Origin: a virus
Lineage: Duplodnaviria; Caudoviricetes
Virus record (IMG/VR): IMGVR_UViG_3300017911_001873
Coordinates: 1 to 28,532 of that record
Direction: 5' to 3' (one strand)
DNA length: 28,532 nucleotides
Below the pieces are notes generated by a model. That model did not search any database. It was not told the origin of the DNA and saw only the letters and a list, made by a program, of their open reading frames with translations. The translations under genes and the position numbers were made by a program. This document shows, piece after piece, positions 18,828-26,539 of this stretch. Every line of letters starts with the position of its first letter. Within the stretch, counting starts at the first letter, position 1.

Positions 18828-19376
18828 ATGTCTAAATCTGATACTATCTTCCGTGAAGTTATCGTAAAGTATAACTCTGTATTTGCCTCTGACCCTATTA
18901 AAGCTGAGGCTTTCTTGGCTGATACTCGTATGCTGAATATTGAGTATCTGGTTGAACTGACTATGGCTGAAGTTGGTGGTTATGAATTTGTTGACGCTGA
19001 TGGTTACGATTTTTCTGATGGCTCTGAGTGTAAAACTGCTAGTGTGAGTAAATGCCTTTCTAATAAAAATTCTGTAAATAGCTTTCAGGGTTCTATTACT
19101 AATCTCAAGTCTAAAAATACTGGTAAGTTAAAAAGCGGTGATATCCGTATAGTGATGTATAATCCTTTTCTTGAACGGTGTGATTATTTCTTTATTCCGC
19201 AGTGTGACCTAGATGTTGAAAGTGGTGTGACTGTATCTAAAACTGGTAAAATCACTGTTACCTATAATCGTAAAAAAGCTAGTTATGGTGCTCTTGATAA
19301 TTACCGTGTAGCTGACTTCGTGACTCTGGCTACTATGACTTATGATGATGAAATTGAATATGATGAGGCTGCGTAA
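18828..19376 (+). CDS. Early protein, candidate PD-(D/E)XK nuclease
   Basis: E...YDFSDGSECKT resembles D-(x)n-ExK; first gene behind an early promoter. Confidence 0.5.
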   Translation: MSKSDTIFREVIVKYNSVFASDPIKAEAFLADTRMLNIEYLVELTMAEVGGYEFVDADGYDFSDGSECKTASVSKCLSNKNSVNSFQGSITNLKSKNTGKLKSGDIRIVMYNPFLERCDYFFIPQCDLDVESGVTVSKTGKITVTYNRKKASYGALDNYRVADFVTLATMTYDDEIEYDEAA

Positions 19377-19912
19377 TGATTCAAGGTGCTATTAAATGGT
19401 TTGCGATTTGTTTGTTCATCGGTCTGGCATATTCAGATAATCTACAACCTGCCGCTGCTGGTCCAGTGCTAGAGGCTGGCTCTCGTATAGTCAAAGCTGG
19501 TGAGGTTCTATTCGCTGGTGGATGCACCCATGTGTTTAGGTGCGAGGAAATTATTAAGGATGTCGAACAAACGACTCCTAAGCTGAAGAAAACAGCTAAA
19601 GAGATAGTTTCTTGGAATCTTGTTATGACGCCTCAATTTGATGAATGGGTCGGTGAAGATTCAGATTCAACAGAATATCTGCTTGGATCTCGTATTGAGA
19701 AGCGACTGTCTGAGAAATATAATCCTCTTTACCTCAATCATGAGGATCCAGACCTGCATATCAGCACGAGTCTACATAATATTGATAATGTTACCATCTT
19801 CACAATGCGTAAATTGCGCGCTTCAGATGGTGCTACATTGGATGTGAAGACTAGCAGCTGTGAGATGTGCACGTTGTCTGAGATCGCTGACCTTGTGGAG
19901 AATACGCTATAA
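19376..19912 (+). CDS. Hypothetical protein with signal peptide/N-terminal TM
   Basis: Hydrophobic N-terminus; TAATG coupling. Confidence 0.7.
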   Translation: MIQGAIKWFAICLFIGLAYSDNLQPAAAGPVLEAGSRIVKAGEVLFAGGCTHVFRCEEIIKDVEQTTPKLKKTAKEIVSWNLVMTPQFDEWVGEDSDSTEYLLGSRIEKRLSEKYNPLYLNHEDPDLHISTSLHNIDNVTIFTMRKLRASDGATLDVKTSSCEMCTLSEIADLVENTL

Positions 19913-20136
19913 TGTATTATTGGAAGCATCATTGTAAATCATCTAAGACGTTTGTCTACATCAGTGATCAGACGGATTGTTGGAACTGTGGTGTGAAGCA
20001 GTCAGGTCCACTGACACAGATGTATCAAGACTCTGAGGGTCGACATGTCAAAGTCACGGTGGACTTTCATGATGAAATTCATGAATCTCATCCGCTTTCA
20101 GGAATAAAAGTGCTTGACTTTTCTGACAAAATATAG
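19912..20136 (+). CDS. Small Cys/His (possible Zn-binding) protein
   Basis: HHC...CWNC; GGAG SD. Confidence 0.65.
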   Translation: MYYWKHHCKSSKTFVYISDQTDCWNCGVKQSGPLTQMYQDSEGRHVKVTVDFHDEIHESHPLSGIKVLDFSDKI

Positions 20137-20142
20137 TATTCT
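20114..20142 (+). promoter_or_regulatory. Early promoter repeat copy
   Basis: AAAAGTGC-TTGACT-17-TATTCT. Confidence 0.75.
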
Positions 20143-20166
20143 AAGTGTATAGTGAGAGAGGAAACT

Positions 20167-21252
20167 ATGACTAAAAATACTCATATGGAACATCTTGAAG
20201 ATCTGATTATCAACGAAGGTTATGTTGGTGGTCTGAAGGCTATTCGTCATCTGATGAATATGCGCGAGAGTTTCGATAATATTACTGTCAAGTGGGACGG
20301 TGCTCCTGCTGTGTTCTTCGGCATTGACCCTGCCGATGGTAAATTCTTTATCGCTAAAAAGGGTATCTTCAACAAGAATCCCAAGGTCTACAAATCTACA
20401 GCTGATATCGTCAATGATGTTGATGGCGACCTGTGTGTAAAACTGGTCCAATCTTTCCATTGGTTGAGCAAGCTGAACATTGCTGAAGGTGTGTATCAGG
20501 GCGATCTCATGTGGACTGCTGATGATGTCACGGATGGCTCGGTTCATCCTAACACACTGCTCTATGAAATTCCTGAGTCACTGACTCATAAGTATGGTAT
20601 CGTTGTTCATACACGATACACTGGATCCAGCTTCGAAACTATGACTGCTGAGTTTATACAGGATATTCCTGAGTGGATGACACATGTTGATGGTCTCTGG
20701 ATTCGTGGTGCTGGTTACACTGGTGAACACTGCCCTTCAGTCCATGCTGCTCAAATCAGTAAGCTGTTTGACATGTTACATGAACTCGATACTTCCTATC
20801 TGGATGAACTAGCTGATTGTGAGTTGTCACAGGAACGTCTGAAATGTTTTGTGAATACCTTTATTCGTAGCGGTGATGCCATTGACTGGCAGTCTTTCAA
20901 TGCTTGGAACGATGACTATTTCTCTCGTGAAATGCACAAACGCAAGACTGTCAAAGGTAAAGCTGCTGTTGAAGCTAAGTGGAAGAAAGTCACTGACACT
21001 GTGAATGGTGATTATGATCGACTGACACAGTTCTACGATCTGATCATGCTTTGTAAAAACACTGTAGTGATCATGTTGAATCAGTCTAGTTCTGGTCCCA
21101 ACTGCTATCTTCTACACAAAGATGGTCTGCTGGAAAAAACATTCCCTGAGGGTTATGTATCTATCAGCAAACATGGTGCTGTAAAGTTCGTAGATCGCTA
21201 CACTTTCAGCAAAGCAAACTTCTCTGACAATCTCGTCAAGGGATGGCATTAA
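20167..21252 (+). CDS. Ligase-fold nucleotidyltransferase-like protein (resembles DUF6267-type T4-like proteins)
   Basis: KNTHMEHLED N-terminus; TVKWDG (motif I), YQGDL (III), EGYV (IV), VKFV (V). Confidence 0.7.
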   Translation: MTKNTHMEHLEDLIINEGYVGGLKAIRHLMNMRESFDNITVKWDGAPAVFFGIDPADGKFFIAKKGIFNKNPKVYKSTADIVNDVDGDLCVKLVQSFHWLSKLNIAEGVYQGDLMWTADDVTDGSVHPNTLLYEIPESLTHKYGIVVHTRYTGSSFETMTAEFIQDIPEWMTHVDGLWIRGAGYTGEHCPSVHAAQISKLFDMLHELDTSYLDELADCELSQERLKCFVNTFIRSGDAIDWQSFNAWNDDYFSREMHKRKTVKGKAAVEAKWKKVTDTVNGDYDRLTQFYDLIMLCKNTVVIMLNQSSSGPNCYLLHKDGLLEKTFPEGYVSISKHGAVKFVDRYTFSKANFSDNLVKGWH

Positions 21253-21269
21253 ATAGAAAAGGATATAAT

Positions 21270-21491
21270 ATGTCAAATAAATTGAATCTCGGTCTCATTT
21301 CATTGTTCCTCGGTATCTCTATGCTGGGTAGTAATTTCATGGCTCTGGCTGTTCAAGGTCATGCATCAGCAGGTAGTTTCTTCGGCTTTTTTGGTGCAGC
21401 TATGCTTATCATGCTAGCATTTTGGGACTTCGCTGATCATTATGCTGAAATCTCAACGAAAGCAGATCGTGTAGATCGACTCGAAAAATAA
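21270..21491 (+). CDS. Small two-TM membrane protein
   Basis: AAGGA SD; two hydrophobic helices. Confidence 0.7.
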   Translation: MSNKLNLGLISLFLGISMLGSNFMALAVQGHASAGSFFGFFGAAMLIMLAFWDFADHYAEISTKADRVDRLEK

Positions 21492-22168
21492 TGATCAATC
21501 TTACCACTTTACATCTCGAGCCTACGAATCGTTGTAATGCACGCTGTCCACAGTGTGCTCGAACAGACAGATTCACTGGCGAGACAGTAACTTGGTTAGA
21601 AGGTAAAGAGCAGGAATGGGATCCTGAACACTTAGATGATGTTCTATCCCATCACCGTTTTGCGAACCTGCAAAACATATTGATCAATGGTAATTTCGGT
21701 GATATCGTCATGCACACTCGTCCTCTAGAACTTCTCAGAGTCTGTAGGAAGCACGCTCGTGACAATCTTCGTATTAATACGAATGGCAGTGGTCTGAAAA
21801 AAGAGTTCTGGCAGAGTGTTGCTGAGTTGAATCCAATTATCGACTTCAGTATTGAGGGTTTGACGCAAGATATTCATCATCAATATCGTCGAAATACAAT
21901 CTTATCTCGCATATTTGAGAATGCTACAGCATTTATCGAGGCTGGGGGTCGTGCTCAATGGGTGATGACAGTGTTTCAACATAATGAACATCAGGTCGAA
22001 GCCTGTGCTGAGCGAGCAAAAGAGATGGGTTTCATCGACTTCTGGGCACGCAATGGATCTGAAAGATTCCAAGAAGGTCAGCCTCTCGACTTCGTTTCAC
22101 GTGGTGAAGTCCATACGATCGCTCCTGCGACAAATTTATCTCAATATAAAAGGTTCTTAGATGACTGA
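21491..22168 (+). CDS. Radical SAM core domain
   Basis: CNARCPQC, GNFGD, NTNG, FSIEG, VFQHNEHQVE. Confidence 0.85.
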   Translation: MINLTTLHLEPTNRCNARCPQCARTDRFTGETVTWLEGKEQEWDPEHLDDVLSHHRFANLQNILINGNFGDIVMHTRPLELLRVCRKHARDNLRINTNGSGLKKEFWQSVAELNPIIDFSIEGLTQDIHHQYRRNTILSRIFENATAFIEAGGRAQWVMTVFQHNEHQVEACAERAKEMGFIDFWARNGSERFQEGQPLDFVSRGEVHTIAPATNLSQYKRFLDD

Positions 22169-22481
22169 TGATAGCTATATCTGTCACATTCGTGCTGACA
22201 AGACAATGGTAAATATCTACTTTTCAGCTGATCAGCACATGCATCCTTGTTGCTTCTCAGATGGTAAAATCGTTCCCAGCGAACATAATCATAAAATCGA
22301 TAAAAAAACTCTTGACACTTCACTTACATCAATCTATACTGAATATGTTGCTACACAGTTTCCCACTGATCCGAAGGGTGTCTTTGAACCGAAGGTGTCG
22401 CGCTCGAAGGAAATCTGTCAGAAAATGTGTGGAGTGAAAGAGTCATTCAATCACAAGGAGCAGACAAACAATGGTGAATAG
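22161..22481 (+). CDS. SPASM/Twitch-like Cys domain, probable detached C-terminus of the preceding rSAM
   Basis: IC...IYFSADQHMHPCCF...ICQKMCG. Confidence 0.6.
   Translation: MTDDSYICHIRADKTMVNIYFSADQHMHPCCFSDGKIVPSEHNHKIDKKTLDTSLTSIYTEYVATQFPTDPKGVFEPKVSRSKEICQKMCGVKESFNHKEQTNNGE
22312..22340 (+). promoter_or_regulatory. Intragenic sigma70-like promoter
   Basis: A-tract, TTGACA-17-TATACT. Confidence 0.6.
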
Positions 22482-22659
22482 TCGCCCAGCTGCAGCATTC
22501 TCAACAGAGGACTTCCAACTTCTACATAATGCACTGTCACACTATGTAATGAATGGACGTGAGAGGCTCGATGAAGAAGAACATCGTAAATGCTCTCAGC
22601 TATTACATCGATTGACACGTATTCAAGGTGTGGGGTTCAAGAGTCTCGATGCGCAATGA
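22471..22659 (+). CDS. Small hypothetical protein
   Basis: AAGGAG SD; operonic overlap. Confidence 0.7.
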   Translation: MVNSRPAAAFSTEDFQLLHNALSHYVMNGRERLDEEEHRKCSQLLHRLTRIQGVGFKSLDAQ

Positions 22660-22750
22660 TTTAAATGGTGGAAATGAAGGAAAGTTTCTTAAAATGTTGA
22701 TGATACTCATCCCCTTAGCACTGATTGCATTAATTGGAGGTAACATATAA
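22649..22750 (+). CDS. 33-aa single-TM microprotein
   Basis: MRNDLNGGNEGKFLKMLMILIPLALIALIGGNI; TAATG coupling to the next ORF. Confidence 0.5.
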   Translation: MRNDLNGGNEGKFLKMLMILIPLALIALIGGNI

Positions 22751-22869
22751 TGGATCCCGTAGAAGCATGGAATAGTCTTGGTTGGATTGATGGCATACTC
22801 TTTACTGTATGGTTAGGTGTGCTATATACTGGTAAACGCTATATTGATAGATGGTTCGATAATGAATGA
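22750..22869 (+). CDS. 39-aa single-TM microprotein
   Basis: GGAGG SD; MDPVEAWNSLGWIDGILFTVWLGVLYTGKRYIDRWFDNE. Confidence 0.65.
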   Translation: MDPVEAWNSLGWIDGILFTVWLGVLYTGKRYIDRWFDNE

Positions 22870-22942
22870 CAAAGGTGCAGTATTCTTTTGGGGACTCTTC
22901 GCACTGATTGCTTTGATTAGTCTAGTAAAGTTCTATACATGA
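22862..22942 (+). CDS. 26-aa single-TM microprotein
   Basis: MNDKGAVFFWGLFALIALISLVKFYT; overlaps the previous stop. Confidence 0.45.
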   Translation: MNDKGAVFFWGLFALIALISLVKFYT

Positions 22943-23018
22943 ACTCGCATTGGAGTGATAGTGGTGAAATGCGTGGATCTTAATTCGCAGACAATCATGC
23001 ACAGACAGGCTGCCCACT

Positions 23019-23047
23019 AGTATAATACCGTGCCGCACTAATGTCAA
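23019..23047 (-). promoter_or_regulatory. Leftward sigma70-like promoter with no downstream gene
   Basis: Minus strand reads TTGACA-17-TATACT with an upstream A-tract. Confidence 0.65.
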
Positions 23048-23091
23048 GAGAATCTTTTTTAACTTTTTTTCCTTTTTATGTCGTTTTTTAC

Positions 23092-23123
23092 TTGACTTTT
23101 ATCCAGTAATAGGGCATTATAAT
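23092..23123 (+). promoter_or_regulatory. Early promoter
   Basis: TTGACT-17-CATTAT(AAT), then GAAAGGA SD. Confidence 0.65.
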
Positions 23124-23150
23124 AGTGTAGTAACGGAAAGGAAATATGTT

Positions 23151-23399
23151 ATGACTCAAATGATTGTAAAATATAAGCTCCAAACTGAAGCGATTGATAT
23201 GGATCTGGTTGATTCGTTTAATGAAGCATTGGATAGTGATGAGAACTATCGTGAAGATGGTAGCATTAACTGGGATTTTGTTGAGTCAGACATGATTATG
23301 AATCCTCTTAACACTGGTTATACCGTTGGTGAGATTGTTGATGCACTCTACCTTCTTGCTGATATCTTTGATGAAGAGGTTGGTAAGCTGGCAGCATAA
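23151..23399 (+). CDS. Small acidic early protein
   Basis: GAAAGGA SD; DGSINWDFVESD. Confidence 0.75.
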   Translation: MTQMIVKYKLQTEAIDMDLVDSFNEALDSDENYREDGSINWDFVESDMIMNPLNTGYTVGEIVDALYLLADIFDEEVGKLAA

Positions 23400-23434
23400 A
23401 CGAGATGGGAGCCTAGACGCAGTTTAGTGCTCTC

Positions 23435-23486
23435 GGGGGGAGTTGAGTCTCCTTTCCTCCTCCCCCCATCACCATCCCGAAAGGAG
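23435..23486 (+). other. GC-rich hairpin / possible H-type pseudoknot
   Basis: GGGGGGAG (23435-42) pairs with CTCCCCCC (23460-67); loop CTCCTTTC (23449-56) complements GAAAGGAG (23479-86). Confidence 0.55.
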
Positions 23487-23500
23487 TAGGCGGCGAGGAA

Positions 23501-23830
23501 GTGCATGGCTGGTGTGATGGCGTCTCATACAAGGGTATATACGGACGGACTTATTCACATTCACTGAAAAAATTTTTGGCAGCAGACTGGAACCTTTATA
23601 TGGATTTACCTCAGAAAAATTTACCGCAGCACAGAATAAAGCGTGGAGGTCGCACATATGCTATAGTGGAGGCTCTTACCATGCAGGTGATGGATGCTTA
23701 TATGATAGTATGTTCAGATGAGTATTATGCTGATGAGGTCAGTGGACCATACCTTACTTATGAAGAGGCATTGGCTGACTTGGAGAGTGCTGCTGATAGG
23801 AATGAGATGATAAATGAAAGACCAATTTGA
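23501..23830 (+). CDS. Hypothetical protein (start uncertain)
   Basis: Open 109 codons; C-terminal GPYLTYEEALA motif typical of small phage proteins. Confidence 0.55.
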   Translation: MHGWCDGVSYKGIYGRTYSHSLKKFLAADWNLYMDLPQKNLPQHRIKRGGRTYAIVEALTMQVMDAYMIVCSDEYYADEVSGPYLTYEEALADLESAADRNEMINERPI

Positions 23831-23833
23831 TGG

Positions 23834-23862
23834 TTGACTTTCACGTTGTATTATTATATAAT
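23834..23862 (+). promoter_or_regulatory. Early promoter
   Basis: TTGACT-17-TATAAT. Confidence 0.8.
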
Positions 23863-23889
23863 GAGTTTATTGTTTGAAAGGATTAAATT

Positions 23890-24159
23890 ATGTTTTACAT
23901 ATATGGGAATGAAACATCAAAGGGTGACTTCAATATGGGGTCAGTCTATAAAATGAATCCTAATTCAGCTTGGGCGAATCATTATTACAATCGTAAGGTG
24001 TTAGAGCATATTGCCCGTGCGACTAAGGATTATGCCGAGAAGCATCAGGCTGAGAAAGAGATTAGTATCGCCGATCGTAAGATGAAGTTTTGGGAAAGGT
24101 TACCAGATTTTTCATTGGATGTGGCGCGTAACACCGTAAAAGAAAGGTATGGTATGTGA
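23890..24159 (+). CDS. Small early protein
   Basis: GAAAGGA SD; QAEKEISIADRKMKFWER. Confidence 0.75.
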   Translation: MFYIYGNETSKGDFNMGSVYKMNPNSAWANHYYNRKVLEHIARATKDYAEKHQAEKEISIADRKMKFWERLPDFSLDVARNTVKERYGM

Positions 24160-24299
24160 TGGCTTGGGTTAGGAATATGCGATCGGAGCGGGATCTTCGA
24201 GAGGAGAAGCTTCGCAATATGGAGTTTCTGCTGGAACGTTTGACTGAGAGAGTCGAGAGGCTAGAACGGCAAGTGCAAAAAAGAGTGAAAAAAGATTAA
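24159..24299 (+). CDS. 46-aa coiled-coil protein (not in ORF track)
   Basis: TGATG coupling; LERLTERVERLERQV heptads. Confidence 0.6.
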   Translation: MAWVRNMRSERDLREEKLRNMEFLLERLTERVERLERQVQKRVKKD

Positions 24300-24335
24300 A
24301 AAAGTGCTTGACATTTCTGCAGTTTACTATAATAT
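24297..24335 (+). promoter_or_regulatory. Early promoter repeat copy
   Basis: TAAAAAAGTGCTTGACATTT with a TATAATAT -10 region. Confidence 0.75.
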
Positions 24336-24371
24336 AAAACTATAGTAAAGAGTCAGAAAGGAATTACGACT

Positions 24372-24530
24372 ATGAAAAAACTATATATCGCTCAAATCCT
24401 TAAAATTAAAAACGAGGCAATCGCGTTAGGGTTCGATTACCCGACGCAGGATCCGCGCGAGGCAACTACAGCGGAGTTACGCGCCTTTTTAACGGAACTT
24501 CAGCAATTTATTATTTCAGAAAAAAGTTAA
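24372..24530 (+). CDS. 52-aa early protein (not in ORF track)
   Basis: GAAAGGA SD; sits between two promoters. Confidence 0.65.
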   Translation: MKKLYIAQILKIKNEAIALGFDYPTQDPREATTAELRAFLTELQQFIISEKS

Positions 24531-24539
24531 AAAAAAGAC

Positions 24540-24570
24540 TTGACTTTTCTGCAAATTAATATATTATTAT
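24540..24570 (+). promoter_or_regulatory. Early promoter
   Basis: A-tract, TTGACT, TATTAT -10. Confidence 0.7.
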
Positions 24571-24596
24571 AGTATAACTTGAGAAAGGAATTAGTT

Positions 24597-24785
24597 ATGA
24601 AAACAGTTTACCAAGTTCGTAAAACGTGGCAGTCTGATTGGGTGTCTTTCGATTCAATGAAAGAAGCTACTCAGTGGATTTTGAAAGAACTTCACGAGGT
24701 AGGGTTCACGCTCGACTCTCGTGGGTATGCAGGAAAGTTTGAGGAACTGACCTGGATTGATAAAGCACGCACTTTGGAGGTGTAA
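24597..24785 (+). CDS. Small early protein
   Basis: GAAAGGA SD before ATG 24597. Confidence 0.7.
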   Translation: MKTVYQVRKTWQSDWVSFDSMKEATQWILKELHEVGFTLDSRGYAGKFEELTWIDKARTLEV

Positions 24786-24787
24786 TC

Positions 24788-25561
24788 ATGGAAAAAGCAG
24801 TATTGAATCAATTTAATGGCATCAAAGTAGCCCATCCGAAATATTACGATAAGGTCTTTGATGATTACATTATCACTCACACTGGTGAGGTGTTCAAAAT
24901 CAATTATAATTATTACACCACGCTGCTGGATGAGAACGAACCGTTTACTCGGATCTCTACTCGTGCTCGTCAGCATAGTGAGCACCAATGCCTGACGTTG
25001 TCAAAGGATGGCGCGAGTCAGAATTTGTTCCTACATTTGCTGATGGCTCACACCTTCATCGCTACGCCGAATGAGTTTGCTCGTAGCATGGCGAAAGATA
25101 TCGTCGGCAAAGATGCATGGGAAGTGATGAGTGAGTTCCAAAAAGATCATCTGGCTGAGCAGATCGGCGGTGGTCTTCAGGTTGATCACGTAAATGACGA
25201 TCCGACCTATAATCATATCGACAATCTTCAGTATCTGAATGGTCGTGCCAATGCTCGTAAGGGTGCTGAGAAGACTCAAGATCTTCACGCTAAAGTCACT
25301 GATGACGAGTTGCGCGAGTTGGTCGAGCAGGGTCTCAATGCTACTCAGATTGCTGAGAAGTTGGGTATGAGTGGATCTCGTATTTCATCTCGGCTGAATA
25401 ATATCGGTCTGGGCACTGGTAATTCTCTTGATATTGAGACTCGTCGTAAGATTATCAAGGGCATCGAAAACGGTAAGACTGATCATGAGATTGGTCTTCA
25501 GTTGGGTATGGATCGTAAGAAAATCTATAGCTATCGTCGGAAGTATAATCAGAATAAATGA
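24788..25561 (+). CDS. HNH endonuclease with C-terminal HTH repeats (homing-endonuclease-like)
   Basis: LHLLMAHTFI...QVDHVNDDPTYNHIDNLQYL...N; two HTH-like segments (NATQIAEKLGMS, TDHEIGLQLGMD). Confidence 0.8.
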   Translation: MEKAVLNQFNGIKVAHPKYYDKVFDDYIITHTGEVFKINYNYYTTLLDENEPFTRISTRARQHSEHQCLTLSKDGASQNLFLHLLMAHTFIATPNEFARSMAKDIVGKDAWEVMSEFQKDHLAEQIGGGLQVDHVNDDPTYNHIDNLQYLNGRANARKGAEKTQDLHAKVTDDELRELVEQGLNATQIAEKLGMSGSRISSRLNNIGLGTGNSLDIETRRKIIKGIENGKTDHEIGLQLGMDRKKIYSYRRKYNQNK

Positions 25562-25743
25562 AACCATTCCTAGATCCTGATAATAAGTTCCGCTGGTTCA
25601 TTACTCATGACCAGCGGGACAGTCAAACTGGTGAGGTCACAGGTGATACTGTGACTTCATGGTTTCGATATGAAGCTGACTTTGAGTTGGGTATGATCAG
25701 ATACGGTGATAATATGATAGCGTTTGGAGTTTATGATTTGTAA
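25558..25743 (+). CDS. Small hypothetical protein
   Basis: ATGA coupling to the HNH gene. Confidence 0.6.
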   Translation: MKPFLDPDNKFRWFITHDQRDSQTGEVTGDTVTSWFRYEADFELGMIRYGDNMIAFGVYDL

Positions 25744-26144
25744 GGCTTGTGAAAGTCAACATTACTTTCAGTCATGCTGCCAGTATCTTCGATATCATCG
25801 GTAGCTGGAAATTTGCCGACCATCCAAGTCTTCATTGAATTGCGCTTTTGTGCTGTTTTGAAATACATGTTGATATCATATTTCCAAACATTCGGTCCAT
25901 CAGGTTCATTAATTTCATCTACCATATTTTCGATGTAAATGTAACCACCTAGATCGTCGACCTTTTGCCACAGTTCATCATAGCTATATGAGTCGTCACC
26001 CATAGCATCTTGCATGCGTTGTAAGAAATCTTTAGTGTATTGATCATCAGCATCTGTATGCTTATTGGCAGGTGGATTGCCTTTAATGTTGGTGCGAGCA
26101 TACCAATTAGATGTGATTGCTACAGATAATAGTTTATATTCCAT
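25731..26144 (-). CDS. Hypothetical protein (late)
   Basis: 137-aa ORF with TATAAATA 5 nt upstream. Confidence 0.75.
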   Translation of the reverse strand: MEYKLLSVAITSNWYARTNIKGNPPANKHTDADDQYTKDFLQRMQDAMGDDSYSYDELWQKVDDLGGYIYIENMVDEINEPDGPNVWKYDINMYFKTAQKRNSMKTWMVGKFPATDDIEDTGSMTESNVDFHKPYKS

Positions 26145-26149
26145 GTAAT

Positions 26150-26157
26150 TATTTATA
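26150..26157 (-). promoter_or_regulatory. T4-type late promoter TATAAATA
   Basis: TATTTATA on the + strand. Confidence 0.7.
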
Positions 26158-26539
26158 ATTTCTCAGTTCCCCATACATCTACTGTAGTAGTGGAACTTGT
26201 TAAAGTATGAGAAGCACCTGGAGGAGTTATACGGTTAGCGAATACATTGAGAAACGAGGAGAGGGTATTTCTATCTTCATGCATGAAAACCCAATCAAAA
26301 CTGAAATCGGTATCTGTTCGGATATTTTCTACTCTCACTAATACACCATATTCTTCCGAAGCCCATGAAACAATAGATTCAATTTCTTCTCTGATGTTTT
26401 GATTATTTCTAAATGATGCGATTATGTTTAGAAACTCTTGTGTATTAGTATCAGGCGAAAATACTTCTCTGAGTTTTTCTAAAAAAGCATCTTCTAAATT
26501 TCTACTAACTGTTTGTGTAATTTTATGATAAATAGCCAT
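26153..26539 (-). CDS. Hypothetical protein
   Basis: 128-aa AT-rich ORF with no competing + strand ORF. Confidence 0.65.
   Translation of the reverse strand: MAIYHKITQTVSRNLEDAFLEKLREVFSPDTNTQEFLNIIASFRNNQNIREEIESIVSWASEEYGVLVRVENIRTDTDFSFDWVFMHEDRNTLSSFLNVFANRITPPGASHTLTSSTTTVDVWGTEKL

Noticed and set aside
22939-22983. 14-codon ORF MNSHWSDSGEMRGS
   Set aside because: Too short with no features; ATGA overlap alone is insufficient.
23435-23475. Intrinsic terminator
   Set aside because: The stem is strong but has no U-tract on either strand.
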